From an uncultured Bacteroidota bacterium (GTDB lineage: Bacteria; Bacteroidota; Bacteroidia; Flavobacteriales; Flavobacteriaceae): a stretch of 64,000 nucleotides of DNA. Where the stretch lies: assembly GCA_902608795.1 (NCBI GenBank), contig CACLPI010000001.1, forward strand, positions 5,354 to 69,353, given 5' to 3'. Below, one piece after another: positions 46,952 through 57,500 of this stretch; the first letter of the stretch is position 1, and every line of letters begins with the position of its first letter. Under the pieces are notes generated by a model. The model ran no database searches and was not told where the DNA came from. It saw only the letters and a list, made by a program, of their open reading frames with translations. The position numbers were made by a program, and so were the translations under genes.

Positions 46952-48547
46952 TTGATATTTAAACAAAATATATTCTCGATAATATTAACAATACTTGTCT
47001 CCATTTGCTCTTGTCAAGAGAGAAATTTAATTAATGAAACTACAGTGTTTAGATATAATGAGCATAAGAATATTAATTCATTAGATCCGATTTTTGCCAA
47101 AGATATTGCAAACATTCAAGCGGTAAATCAACTATTTAATGGGCTTGTAGAGATGGATAATCAATTAAATGTGGTTCCATCTGTAGCAGAAAGTTGGGAA
47201 ATTTCAGAAAATGGTAAAATTTATTCTTTTAAAATTGATACAACAGTCAAGTTTCATCCTCACCCAAAACTCAAGAAAAGGAATGTTACTGCTTATGATT
47301 TTGAATATAGTTTTAATAGATTATTAGATCCTAAAAATGCATCTCCTGGCAAATGGGTCTTTGATAAAGTAAACAATTTCAAGGCTAAAAATGATTCAAT
47401 ATTTGAAATCGAACTAAAATTTCCTTTTAATGCTTTTTTAGGAATACTTACCATGAAGTATTGCTCAGTTGTACCCAAAGATATTGTTGAATATTATGGG
47501 GAAGACTTTAGATCAAATCCGATTGGAACAGGACCTTTTAAATTTAAAAGATGGGAAGAAAATATCAAGCTAGTTTTGAGAAAAAACAATGACTATTTTC
47601 AAAGGGATGATGATGGTTTACAATTACCATACCTAGAAGCTGTTTCGGTTACCTTTCTGGCTGAAAAACAAAGTGAATTTTTACAGTTGGTAAAAGGTAA
47701 AGTTGATTTTATTTCTGGACTTGACAACTCATATAAAGACGAAATAATAAACAGTTATGGTGAGTTAAATGAAGATTATGAAAATAAAATCAACATGTTA
47801 CGTGGTCCATACCTGAACACAGAATATTTAGCATTTTTCATGGAATCTGAAAAAAATGAAATTAAATCTGATTTGATAAGAAAAGCTATAAATATTGGGT
47901 TTGATAAAGGAAAGATGATAAAATTTTTAAGAAATGGTGTAGGTATTCCAGCAAATGCTGGGTTTATTCCGGTTGGATTACCTGGTTACAAAAAAAATAA
48001 TATTAATAAATATAATCCAGATCTTGCAAAAAATTATGTTGAAAGATTCAAGGAAAAATTCAACATGTCACCGTCTCTTAAGCTTACGACATCCAGTAAT
48101 TATCTAGACTTTTGTGAATTTATTCAAAAAGAACTTGAAAAGCTGGGTATTGAGATTATTATAGATGTAATTCCTGGATCTGCATTAAAACAAGCTAAAG
48201 CTAACGGAAAATTGGATTTCTTTAGAGCCAGTTGGATCGCTGATTACCCTGATGCAGAAAACTACCTATCTCTTTTCTACAGCCAAAATTTTGCTCCAAA
48301 CGGACCAAACTATACTCATTTCAGCAATAGTGAATACGATAAGATTTATGAAAATTCGTTAAGAGAAACTAACCCAGAAAAATCTAAATTGATTTATTCA
48401 AGACTGGATTCAATAATTTCATCTGAATCTATTATAATTCCATTGTTTTATGATGAGGTGATAAGGTTTGTTTCCAAAGATGTAGTTGGAATGGAAATAA
48501 ATGCAACAAATTTATTGGATTTAAGAAGGGTGAAAAAAAATAATTAA
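46952..48547 (+). CDS. ABC transporter substrate-binding protein, family 5 (peptide/nickel type), lipoprotein
   Basis: The N-terminal signal ends in SICSC. Has the SBP_bac_5 pattern (LDP.FA.D......V.QLFNGLVEMD, GTGPFKFK.WE). TTG start. Confidence 0.85.
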   Translation: MIFKQNIFSIILTILVSICSCQERNLINETTVFRYNEHKNINSLDPIFAKDIANIQAVNQLFNGLVEMDNQLNVVPSVAESWEISENGKIYSFKIDTTVKFHPHPKLKKRNVTAYDFEYSFNRLLDPKNASPGKWVFDKVNNFKAKNDSIFEIELKFPFNAFLGILTMKYCSVVPKDIVEYYGEDFRSNPIGTGPFKFKRWEENIKLVLRKNNDYFQRDDDGLQLPYLEAVSVTFLAEKQSEFLQLVKGKVDFISGLDNSYKDEIINSYGELNEDYENKINMLRGPYLNTEYLAFFMESEKNEIKSDLIRKAINIGFDKGKMIKFLRNGVGIPANAGFIPVGLPGYKKNNINKYNPDLAKNYVERFKEKFNMSPSLKLTTSSNYLDFCEFIQKELEKLGIEIIIDVIPGSALKQAKANGKLDFFRASWIADYPDAENYLSLFYSQNFAPNGPNYTHFSNSEYDKIYENSLRETNPEKSKLIYSRLDSIISSESIIIPLFYDEVIRFVSKDVVGMEINATNLLDLRRVKKNN

Positions 48548-48966
48548 AGATATTTTTTCATTACAACGTTATTTACCTCAAAACCATTCCTGCTGTAGAA
48601 ATTAACCAAAGTTTCTTTACAAAAAAGTGTGACTCTATAACATCCTTTATTTTTAGCAACTTTAATTAACTCTTTTATCAGAGATACACCTATCATCTTT
48701 CCTCTAACTTCTGAATCAACAACAATATCCTCAATATGTCCAGCTACCTCTCCCCTTACCTTATTTTCAACAACAACACTTCCATATGCAACGATTTTAT
48801 CATTATATAAGCCAACGACAGAATTTGAACCGGTATTGTTTATAAAATCACTCCAAGCTGTATCTTTATCTATACTATCAATATCAATTTGTTTCAACTG
48901 ATTTAGTATAACAAAAACCTGATCTAAATCCTTTTTTTCAATATTTCTAAATATAACTTTTGACAT
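48544..48966 (-). CDS. GNAT family N-acetyltransferase, glucosamine-6-phosphate N-acetyltransferase (GNA1)-like
   Basis: AGHIEDIVVDSEVRGKMIGVSLIKELIKVAKNKGCYRVTLFCKETLVNFYSRNGFE closely follows the GNA1 pattern GHIEDI.V....G..LG..LI..L......GCYK..LDC...NV.FYEK.GF. Confidence 0.8.
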   Translation of the reverse strand: MSKVIFRNIEKKDLDQVFVILNQLKQIDIDSIDKDTAWSDFINNTGSNSVVGLYNDKIVAYGSVVVENKVRGEVAGHIEDIVVDSEVRGKMIGVSLIKELIKVAKNKGCYRVTLFCKETLVNFYSRNGFEVNNVVMKKYL

Positions 48967-48995
48967 TTAAAAAATTTGTGATTTAAGATAAATGT

Positions 48996-49030
48996 AAAAA
49001 AAAAGCCTCTCAAATTTATTTAAGAGGCTT
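48996..49030 (-). terminator. Rho-independent terminator after rpmE
   Basis: aagcctct (49003-49010) pairs with agaggctt (49023-49030), with an inner aaat/attt extension. On the minus strand it is followed by a T run (plus-strand A 48996-49004). Confidence 0.6.
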
Positions 49031-49050
49031 AATAATTTCTTTAATCAATA

Positions 49051-49305
49051 TTATTTTTTGTTGAATTTAGCATACTTAGTCTTGAACTTATCAATTCTAC
49101 CCGCAGTGTCCACCAACTTAGCTTTTCCTGTATAATAAGGGTGAGAAGTTCTCGAAATTTCTAACTTTACTAGTGGATACTCTACACCATCAACGGATAC
49201 AGTTTCACTTGTTTGTGCGGTTGATTTAGCTAAAAAAATATCATTGTTAGACATGTCTTTAAATGCAACAAGTCTGTAGTTTTCAGGATGTATACCTTTT
49301 TTCAT
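49051..49305 (-). CDS. rpmE: 50S ribosomal protein L31, type B (no CxxC zinc motif)
   Basis: MKKGIHPENY...HPYYTGK...DTAGRIDKF. I chose ATG 49305 rather than the ORF-track start 49353. Confidence 0.9.
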   Translation of the reverse strand: MKKGIHPENYRLVAFKDMSNNDIFLAKSTAQTSETVSVDGVEYPLVKLEISRTSHPYYTGKAKLVDTAGRIDKFKTKYAKFNKK

Positions 49306-49323
49306 TTCAGTGATTTTGAGGTG

Positions 49324-49331
49324 CAAATTTA
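49324..49331 (-). promoter_or_regulatory. Putative -7 box (TAAATTTG) for rpmE
   Basis: Exact TAnnTTTG on the minus strand, 19 nt upstream of ATG 49305. Confidence 0.4.
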
Positions 49332-49396
49332 TTGATTTTTTAATACTAAACAATAATTGAAGAAAATTAATTTAATTTTTATGGGGTATCGTTTTG

Positions 49397-49404
49397 TATA
49401 TTTG
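49397..49404 (+). promoter_or_regulatory. Putative -7 box (TATATTTG) for the DUF4199-GT2 unit
   Basis: Exact TAnnTTTG 19 nt upstream of ATG 49423. Confidence 0.4.
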
Positions 49405-49422
49405 AAACAAATTTGCAAAAGT

Positions 49423-49938
49423 ATGGAAACTAACTTAAAGAAAAATTCGATTGATCTTGGTGTTAAACTTGGTACACTTCTCTTTGTAGTTACGGCTGTA
49501 ATTTATATTGTAGATGTAAAATTATTTACCAATTTCACGACAATGCTAGCCTACATGATACCAGCTCTAGCATTTAGCATATATTCTGTTTTTAGTGCAA
49601 GAAAGCTTCAAAATCAAATAATATCTTTCAAAGAGGCATTTATAGCATATTTTTTATGCATCGCGATTGGATACTTAATAGTGACAATGGGTAATATTGC
49701 ACTTTTTAAGTTTATTGACCCAGCAGCAGCAGACCTAATCCATGAAGAAATAATGATAGCATCTAAAGAAATGCTGGAAAATTTTGGGACCCCGTCTGAT
49801 CTCATTTCTGCTACTATGGATGAAATGCAAAATAATCATTCCTTTTCTTATACGGCTATTTTCCAAAATTATGCTAATGCACTTTTAAGAAATGCTATTT
49901 TCGGCCTGATAATCGCCGCAATCTTTAAAAAATCATAA
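49423..49938 (+). CDS. DUF4199 domain membrane protein
   Basis: Four hydrophobic segments. It holds the conserved position upstream of a GT2 gene, as in other Bacteroidota. I chose ATG 49423 so that the gene lies downstream of the predicted promoter. Confidence 0.65.
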   Translation: METNLKKNSIDLGVKLGTLLFVVTAVIYIVDVKLFTNFTTMLAYMIPALAFSIYSVFSARKLQNQIISFKEAFIAYFLCIAIGYLIVTMGNIALFKFIDPAAADLIHEEIMIASKEMLENFGTPSDLISATMDEMQNNHSFSYTAIFQNYANALLRNAIFGLIIAAIFKKS

Positions 49939-49944
49939 TATCTA

Positions 49945-50892
49945 ATGAATATTTCTGTAGTTATACCTCTTTTAAATGAAAAGGAATCGCTTGTAGAATT
50001 AACTGATTCTCTAAAAGATGTTATGAAAAGTTATAACTTTACTTATGAAATCATTTTCATCGATGATGGAAGTAGTGATAACTCATGGGATATTATAGAA
50101 GAACTTTCATCTAAATCGAATACAATAAAAGGGATAAAATTTCACAGAAATTATGGTAAATCTCAGGCACTTCATGTTGGGTTTCTAAAGTCTCGAGGGC
50201 AAGTGGTTTTTACAATGGATGCTGACCTTCAAGATGATCCGAAGGAAATCCCTGCCTTGTATGACATGATTATGAACGACAATTTTGATCTTGTTTCAGG
50301 TTGGAAGAAAAAAAGATTTGATTCAGTAATATTTAAAAATATACCATCAAAAATTTTCAATTTTGCAGCAAGAACTACCTCCGGAATTAAGCTAAATGAT
50401 TTTAACTGCGGATTAAAAGCTTTTAAAAAAGATGTTATTAAAAGTATAAATGTTTACGGAGAGATGCATCGGTATATCCCCATTCTAGCAAAAAATGAAG
50501 GTTATAAAAAAATTGGAGAAAAAATTGTCAATCACAGAGCTAGAAAGTATGGAAAAACAAAATTTGGACCTAGTAGGTTTTTATATGGTTTTCTTGATTT
50601 GTTAACCATATGGTTTATTTCAAGTTTCAGTAAACGACCAATGCATTTGTTTGGTTCACTAGGGCTTATTTTAATTACTACAGGATTTTTATTTGCGGCT
50701 TATCTTGGCTATGATAAAATAATCCTAAATCCGGGGGGTAGACTTATCACTGAAAGACCAGAATTTTACATCAGTTTAGTTACTATGATTATTGGGAGTC
50801 AGTTCTTCTCAATGGGTTTTATTGGAGAACTAATGCTGAAAAGCATTAATCAAAAGCCTCAGTACATAATCCATAAGCAAGTAAATTTGTGA
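49945..50892 (+). CDS. Glycosyltransferase family 2 (polyprenol-phosphate glycosyltransferase, DPM1/ArnC-like)
   Basis: ISVVIPLLNE, FIDDGSSD and MDADLQDDP motifs, plus two C-terminal TM segments. Confidence 0.85.
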   Translation: MNISVVIPLLNEKESLVELTDSLKDVMKSYNFTYEIIFIDDGSSDNSWDIIEELSSKSNTIKGIKFHRNYGKSQALHVGFLKSRGQVVFTMDADLQDDPKEIPALYDMIMNDNFDLVSGWKKKRFDSVIFKNIPSKIFNFAARTTSGIKLNDFNCGLKAFKKDVIKSINVYGEMHRYIPILAKNEGYKKIGEKIVNHRARKYGKTKFGPSRFLYGFLDLLTIWFISSFSKRPMHLFGSLGLILITTGFLFAAYLGYDKIILNPGGRLITERPEFYISLVTMIIGSQFFSMGFIGELMLKSINQKPQYIIHKQVNL

Positions 50893-50958
50893 TTAATTTA
50901 ACAACTTATCTACAAAAAATTCTCTTCTGTAAGTCTAATTTTGAAGTGAATTTGTTCA

Positions 50959-52668
50959 ATGAATAATACGGTAAAAAAAAATATTGAAGAGTGGTCAAAT
51001 CACCCATTTTGTGAAGAAACCCAAAATAAACTAAATCATTTAAAAAATGATAAAGTCAAATTAACCGATGCATTCTATAAAAATTTAGAATTTGGAACAG
51101 GAGGAATGAGAGGGTTAATGGGTGTTGGGACAAACAGAATAAATAAATATACAATAGGAAAAAATACTCAGGGAATTTCAAACTTTATAAATAATAATTA
51201 CCATAACAATAAATCAGTTGTTATTGCTTATGATTGCAGAAATAATAGCAGTGATTTAGCAAAAATTGTTGCAGAGGTATTTTCTGCTAATAAAATCAAG
51301 GTCTACCTATTTTCAGCTTTGAGACCAACACCTGAGCTTTCGTATGCTGTAAGAAAACTAAATTGTTTATGTGGAATAGTTTTGACAGCCTCGCACAACC
51401 CTCCTGAGTATAATGGATTTAAAGTATATTGGAAAGATGGAGGACAAATAGTGCCTCCAATTGACAACTTATTAATATCTGAAATTGAAAAATTAAAATT
51501 CAAAGATGTGAATTTTAATTCCAGACCAGAATTAATAGAAGAAATAGATAAAGAAATCGATAAGCCGTTTATTAATATCTGCTTAGAAAATGCAATCAAT
51601 AAAAATGTAAAAAACAGAAATGATATTAGAATTGTTTTCACTGCTTTGCACGGCACCTCATCTACAATAATTCCGACATTACTAAAAAAAGCAGGATATC
51701 AAAATGTTAATTATGTAAAATCTCAAATGATTACAGATGGTAATTTTAGCACAGTTAAATCTCCAAATCCTGAAGAAATTGAGTCATTATATCTTGCCTT
51801 AAAGCTTGGCAATAAAGAAAAAGCTGATATAGTCATCGGTGCTGATCCGGATGCTGACAGATTGGGTATAGCAATTAGAGACTTAAAAAATAATTTAACA
51901 TTGATTAATGGAAATCAACTGATGGTTTTAATGTTTAATTACATTCTCGACAAAAAGAAATCAGAAAAAACACTAAATAAAAATCATTTTTTAGCATCGA
52001 CAATAGTCTCCACTCCAATGATTAAAAATATCGCAAAATATTATAATATTGATTATAAATTAAGCCTAACAGGATTTAAATGGATTGCTAAGATGATAGA
52101 AGATTTTCCTGATCAAAAATTTTTGATTGGCGGAGAAGAAAGCTTTGGTTTAATGATTGGAGATGCTGTTAGAGATAAAGATGCTTTAACCGCCAGCTTA
52201 GCAGCTTGTGAAATGATTTCTTACTACAAACAAAAAAATTCTTCAGTTTTCAAAGAGTTAATAAAACTTTATTGCCTCCACGGTTTTTACAAAGAAAAAT
52301 TAGTTTCAATAGCTAAAGGGGGAGAAAAAGGACAAAATGAAATAAAAAAAATAATTAATGGTTTTAGAAAAAAACCTCTTGATTATATTCTAGGATCTAG
52401 GGTTAAATATTTTTGTGATTATTCAATTTCATTAAAGAAAAATTTAATTAGTGGTGTTTCTGAAAAAATTAGTTTACCTAAATCAAATGTTGTTGAATTT
52501 GAATCAGTTGATGGTTACAAAATAATTTTAAGGCCAAGCGGTACTGAGCCAAAAATTAAAATGTATATTTCTATAAATGAAGCTTTAAGCAGTATTAATG
52601 AATTTGAAAAAGTTGATAAAATCTTGAATGATAAGATTGAAAGAATTATTAAAAGTATTGGTTTATGA
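50959..52668 (+). CDS. Phospho-sugar mutase (phosphoglucomutase/phosphomannomutase family)
   Basis: The active-site motif is TASHNPPEYNGFK. Also GADPDADR and GGEESFG motifs. Confidence 0.9.
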   Translation: MNNTVKKNIEEWSNHPFCEETQNKLNHLKNDKVKLTDAFYKNLEFGTGGMRGLMGVGTNRINKYTIGKNTQGISNFINNNYHNNKSVVIAYDCRNNSSDLAKIVAEVFSANKIKVYLFSALRPTPELSYAVRKLNCLCGIVLTASHNPPEYNGFKVYWKDGGQIVPPIDNLLISEIEKLKFKDVNFNSRPELIEEIDKEIDKPFINICLENAINKNVKNRNDIRIVFTALHGTSSTIIPTLLKKAGYQNVNYVKSQMITDGNFSTVKSPNPEEIESLYLALKLGNKEKADIVIGADPDADRLGIAIRDLKNNLTLINGNQLMVLMFNYILDKKKSEKTLNKNHFLASTIVSTPMIKNIAKYYNIDYKLSLTGFKWIAKMIEDFPDQKFLIGGEESFGLMIGDAVRDKDALTASLAACEMISYYKQKNSSVFKELIKLYCLHGFYKEKLVSIAKGGEKGQNEIKKIINGFRKKPLDYILGSRVKYFCDYSISLKKNLISGVSEKISLPKSNVVEFESVDGYKIILRPSGTEPKIKMYISINEALSSINEFEKVDKILNDKIERIIKSIGL

Positions 52669-54491
52669 ATACAAACTACTTTAATAGAATATTTGGATAT
52701 GCATGGGTCTATAAAAAATACTTCATACTAAATATTATATCTAATGTTTTTTATGCCTTCTTTGGAACCCTTTCAATGATTTCATTATTCCCCATGTTGA
52801 AAGTTCTTTTTAATCAAACAGAGCAACTAAATCAACCTCCTGTTTGGGAAGGTATTTCTGAGATTACAAATTTTGTCGAAAATTATCTAAACTATTTTGT
52901 TACAACTAAAAAAGCTGCTGGTAGTGATGATGTGCTAATCTTAATGGTTTCAATAATCATAATTACTTTTTTACTTAAAAATATCTTTAATTATTTAGCA
53001 ATGTACTTCATAACATTTCTGAGAAATGGTGTTGTTAGAAATATTAGAAATGAAATATATGGTCAAATCATCAAATTATCACTTTCGTTCTATTCAGAGA
53101 AAAAAAGAGGAGATATTGTAGCTAGAATTTCATCTGATGTCCAAGAATTGGACAACTCATTTCTTTCAATCTTTGAATTAATTGTAAAAGATCCACTGAT
53201 GGTTTTATTTACACTTGTTTCAATGTTTTTGATTAGCCCAAAGCTAAGCTTATTTGTAATTATTTTTATACCACTCTGTGGGTTTGTAATTTCTGTTGTA
53301 GGAAAATCTCTTAGAAGAAAATCGCTTAAGGTTCAAAAAGAACAAGGTCAATTTATTTCTCTAGTTGATGAAACTCTTTCAGGAATGAAAATCCTTAAGA
53401 TTTTTAACGCAGAGAACAAGTTTTTAGAAAAATTTACAAATTCAACAAAAAGATTTTATCAGTTTTCAAATAGTGTTTTAAATAGAAAAAACCTAGCAAG
53501 TCCACTTAGTGAATTTTTAGGAATTTCATCAATAGCTGGAGTGTTATGGTTTGGTGGAATAATGGTACTTAATGAAAATTCACTTGATGCCAGTGCATTC
53601 ATCGTATACCTTGGACTTGCGTATAATATTTTAACTCCTGCAAAATCACTTAGCAGGGCAACTTATAAGGTAAAAAAGGCGTCTGCAGCTGCTGAAAGAA
53701 TATTTCACGTAATTGATAATGAAACGGTAGTTAAGGAAGATCCAAATGCTAAAAATATTAATTCTTTTACCGAAAAAATTGAAATAAAAAATATGTCATT
53801 TTCATACGATGATGAAAATGTTTTGAACAATTTTAATTTAACTATAGCAAAAGGGGAAAATATTGCATTAGTTGGTCAATCTGGTAGTGGAAAGTCAACA
53901 ATTGCTAATCTAATATGTAGATTTTACGATGTAGGCTCTGGATCAATTAATATTGATGGAGAAAATATTAAAAAATTAAAAAAGGAATCTCTTAGAGAGT
54001 TAATTGGATTGGTAACACAAGACTCAATTTTATTTAATGATTCAATAAAAAACAACCTTTTAATTGCCAAACCGAATGCTTCGGATGATGAATTAATTAA
54101 TTGTTTAAAAATTGCTAACGCTTGGGAGTTTGTAAATAAATTACCTGAGGGTATTGATAATAATATAGGGGATTCAGGAAATAAGTTATCTGGAGGTCAA
54201 AAACAAAGATTAAGTATAGCTCGAGCAGTTTTAAAAAATCCTCCTATTTTAGTTTTAGACGAAGCCACATCGGCCCTTGATAGCGAAAGTGAAAAACTTG
54301 TTCAAAATGCATTGGATAATCTTATGAAAAATAAGACTTCAATCGTAATAGCACATAGATTGTCAACCATACAAAATGCTGACAGTATAATTGTTTTAGA
54401 TAAGGGCAAAATCATAGAATCAGGAGTTCATAAAGACTTGATGGAAAAGGACGGAATTTACAGCAATCTGGTTAAAATGCAATCTATTTAA
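52665..54491 (+). CDS. ABC transporter ATP-binding protein/permease (MsbA-like exporter)
   Basis: Six-TM domain followed by an NBD with GQSGSGKST, LSGGQKQRLSIARA and LVLDEATSALD. Confidence 0.9.
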   Translation: MNTNYFNRIFGYAWVYKKYFILNIISNVFYAFFGTLSMISLFPMLKVLFNQTEQLNQPPVWEGISEITNFVENYLNYFVTTKKAAGSDDVLILMVSIIIITFLLKNIFNYLAMYFITFLRNGVVRNIRNEIYGQIIKLSLSFYSEKKRGDIVARISSDVQELDNSFLSIFELIVKDPLMVLFTLVSMFLISPKLSLFVIIFIPLCGFVISVVGKSLRRKSLKVQKEQGQFISLVDETLSGMKILKIFNAENKFLEKFTNSTKRFYQFSNSVLNRKNLASPLSEFLGISSIAGVLWFGGIMVLNENSLDASAFIVYLGLAYNILTPAKSLSRATYKVKKASAAAERIFHVIDNETVVKEDPNAKNINSFTEKIEIKNMSFSYDDENVLNNFNLTIAKGENIALVGQSGSGKSTIANLICRFYDVGSGSINIDGENIKKLKKESLRELIGLVTQDSILFNDSIKNNLLIAKPNASDDELINCLKIANAWEFVNKLPEGIDNNIGDSGNKLSGGQKQRLSIARAVLKNPPILVLDEATSALDSESEKLVQNALDNLMKNKTSIVIAHRLSTIQNADSIIVLDKGKIIESGVHKDLMEKDGIYSNLVKMQSI

Positions 54492-54593
54492 ATAGTCTGT
54501 TTAAAAGAGGTGGATAACTATTTATTTTCGTCAATTTATTTTAATAATTAATAAATTAATTTCGATTAATTTTAGAACTCATATTAATATCAA

Positions 54594-57500
54594 ATGATAT
54601 CTTTTTTTGAATCTAAATATCAATCTGTTTTTGCAGTTCAAACAAAAAAATCCTTTTCCGAAAACGAAATAAAAAAGCTGGAATGGTTATTCGGCAATGC
54701 TACTTTTATTTCTGATGCTAAAGTCAGCCGTGATCTAATTGGGCCCAGAGCAGCCATGGTTTCTCCTTGGAGTACAAATGCAGTAGAAATTTGTCATAAT
54801 ATGGGGTTAACTTCTGTGGCAAGAATTGAAAAATATAATCTAAAAAGTGATGATTCAAATGATTTTGACCCCATGTTAAATGAAAGGTTCAACTCTCTTT
54901 CCCAAGATCTTTTCAAGATAAATATCATCCCAGAGAAAATTACAAATATTAATGATATTGAAAAATATAATCAAAAAGAAGGATTATCATTAAGTCTGGA
55001 CGAAATTTCCTATCTCAATAATGTTTCAAAAATAATAAATCGAGAACTAACCGACTCTGAGATATTTGGCTTTTCACAGGTTAATTCTGAACATTGTAGA
55101 CATAAAATCTTCAACGGAAAATTTATTATTGACGGACAAGAGAAAGAAGAAAGCTTATTTTCATTGATTAAAAAAACATCAAAAGAAAATCCGGATAATA
55201 TAGTTTCTGCATATAAAGATAACGTAGCGTTTGTAAAAGGACCAAAAGTTATTCAATTTGCACCCTGTAAATCTGATGAATCAAACTTCTATATTTCTAA
55301 AGAAATTGAAACGGTAATTTCCTTAAAAGCAGAAACTCATAATTTTCCTACAACGGTTGAACCATTTAATGGGGCAGCAACAGGTTCTGGTGGCGAAATT
55401 AGAGATAGATTAGCTGGTGGTAGAGGCTCAATACCATTAGCTGGAACAGCAGTTTACATGACACCATATTCTAGAATAAATAATAAAGAATGGGAAAATA
55501 ATATTGAAGAAAGAAAATGGTTATATCAAACTCCGGTTGAAATATTGATTAAGGCCTCTAATGGGGCTTCAGACTTTGGAAATAAGTTTGGACAACCACT
55601 CATTTCTGGGTCTCTACTTACTTTTGAAAATGATAATGACGGTGAAATACAATCTTATGACAAAGTAATAATGTTAGCTGGTGGAATTGGTTTTGCCAAT
55701 AAAGAGCACTCTATCAAAAATAAACCTGAAAAAGATGATTTGATTGTAATTATGGGTGGTGATAATTACAGAATTGGTATGGGTGGAGCAGCTGTTTCTT
55801 CTGCAGATACTGGAGAGTTTTCAACTGGAATCGAATTAAATGCTATTCAAAGGTCTAATCCCGAAATGCAAAAAAGAGTAGCAAATGCTATCAGAGGTAC
55901 TCTAGAAAATGACAAAAATTGTATAGTCTCCATTCATGATCATGGTGCTGGCGGTCATTTAAATTGCTTAACCGAGCTAGTAGAGGAAACTGGAGGATTT
56001 ATCAAATTGGATAATTTACCCATTGGAGACCCAACACTTTCAAATAAAGAAATAATTGGAAATGAATCTCAAGAGAGAATGGGATTAATTATAAAAAAAG
56101 AAAATATTGATGAATTTATACGTATATGTGAGAGGGAAAGAGCCCCTGTATACATTGTTGGTCGAGTTACAGATGATAATAGATTCACTATACACTCCGA
56201 AAAATCAAATCTTAGTTGCGTTGACCTTGACTTAGGTCATTTTTTTGGAAGCTCTCCCCAAACCATTTTGAAAGATAAAAGTATCTCCAAAAAATATAAT
56301 AATATTAAATATTCTAATGGACTTATTCATAATTACATCGAGCGAATATTTAGCTTAGAATCTGTAGGCTGTAAAGATTGGTTAACAAATAAAGTTGACA
56401 GATGTGTTGGGGGAAAAGTTGCAAAACAACAATGTGTTGGTGAACTTCAGTTGCCTCTTAATAATTGTGGAGTAATGGCATTAGACTACTCTACTAAAAA
56501 TGGTGTAGCAACATCCATTGGACATTCTCCTGTATCAGCATTAATTGATCCTAATGCTGGAAGTAAAAATAGTATAGCTGAAGCATTAACTAATATAATT
56601 TGGGCTCCTATTGAAAACGGCTTAAAAGGAGTCTCCTTATCTGCTAATTGGATGTGGCCATGTAAGAATGAGGGAGAAGATGCTAGACTTTATAAAGCCG
56701 TTGAATCAGTTTCAAAATTTGCAATTGAGTTAGGTATTAATATTCCTACAGGAAAGGATTCTTTATCAATGAATCAAAAATATGAAAATATAGAGGTCAA
56801 ATCCCCCGGGACTGTAATTGTATCAGCAACTGCTCATTGTAATAATATTTCAAATATTATTGAACCCTTATTTAAGCTTGACAAAGGATCTATTTTTTAC
56901 ATAAACCTATCCTCAGATGATTTTAAATTAGGTGGCTCTGCCTTTTCTCAAATAATTGGCAATATTGGAAATAACACTCCAACTATAAACGATTCAAAAT
57001 ATTTTGTCAATGTTTTTGAAACAATACAAAAAATGATAAAAAATAATCTTATTACAGCTGGTCATGATATTGGTTCTGGTGGGTTTATTACATCTTTAAT
57101 GGAAATGTGTTTTTCTACTAAAAACATTGGTGCAAACATAGATTTGTCATCATTAAATGAAAATGATACCGTCAAAATACTGTTTTCAGAAAATTGTGGA
57201 ATAATTATTCAGGGTAAAGATGATAAAATAGAAAAAGAATTAATCAATAATGGGATAGCTGCCCACAAGATTGGTAAAGTTATTAATGAAAATAAGTTGA
57301 AAATAAAAAATCAAGAAAATGAATTTTTATTTGATTTAGAAAAATACAGAGATTATTGGTTTCATACATCAACTCTACTTGACAGAATGCAAACTTCTAA
57401 CAACCTAGCTGATGCAAGATTTGAAAATTACAAGAATCAACCACTAAAATTTAAGTTTCCTAAAAATTTTAACGGCAGCTTAATAAAATTACCCTCTGGA

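Noticed and set aside
46929-46961. A 10-codon ATG ORF (MFLKKIKLDI) overlaps the TTG start of the substrate-binding lipoprotein. I considered a frameshifted true N-terminus or a regulatory uORF.
   Set aside because: The TTG-initiated product already carries a complete lipoprotein signal (MIFKQNIFSIILTILVSICSC). There is no homopolymer or other evidence for an indel, so it cannot be decided without reads or orthologues.
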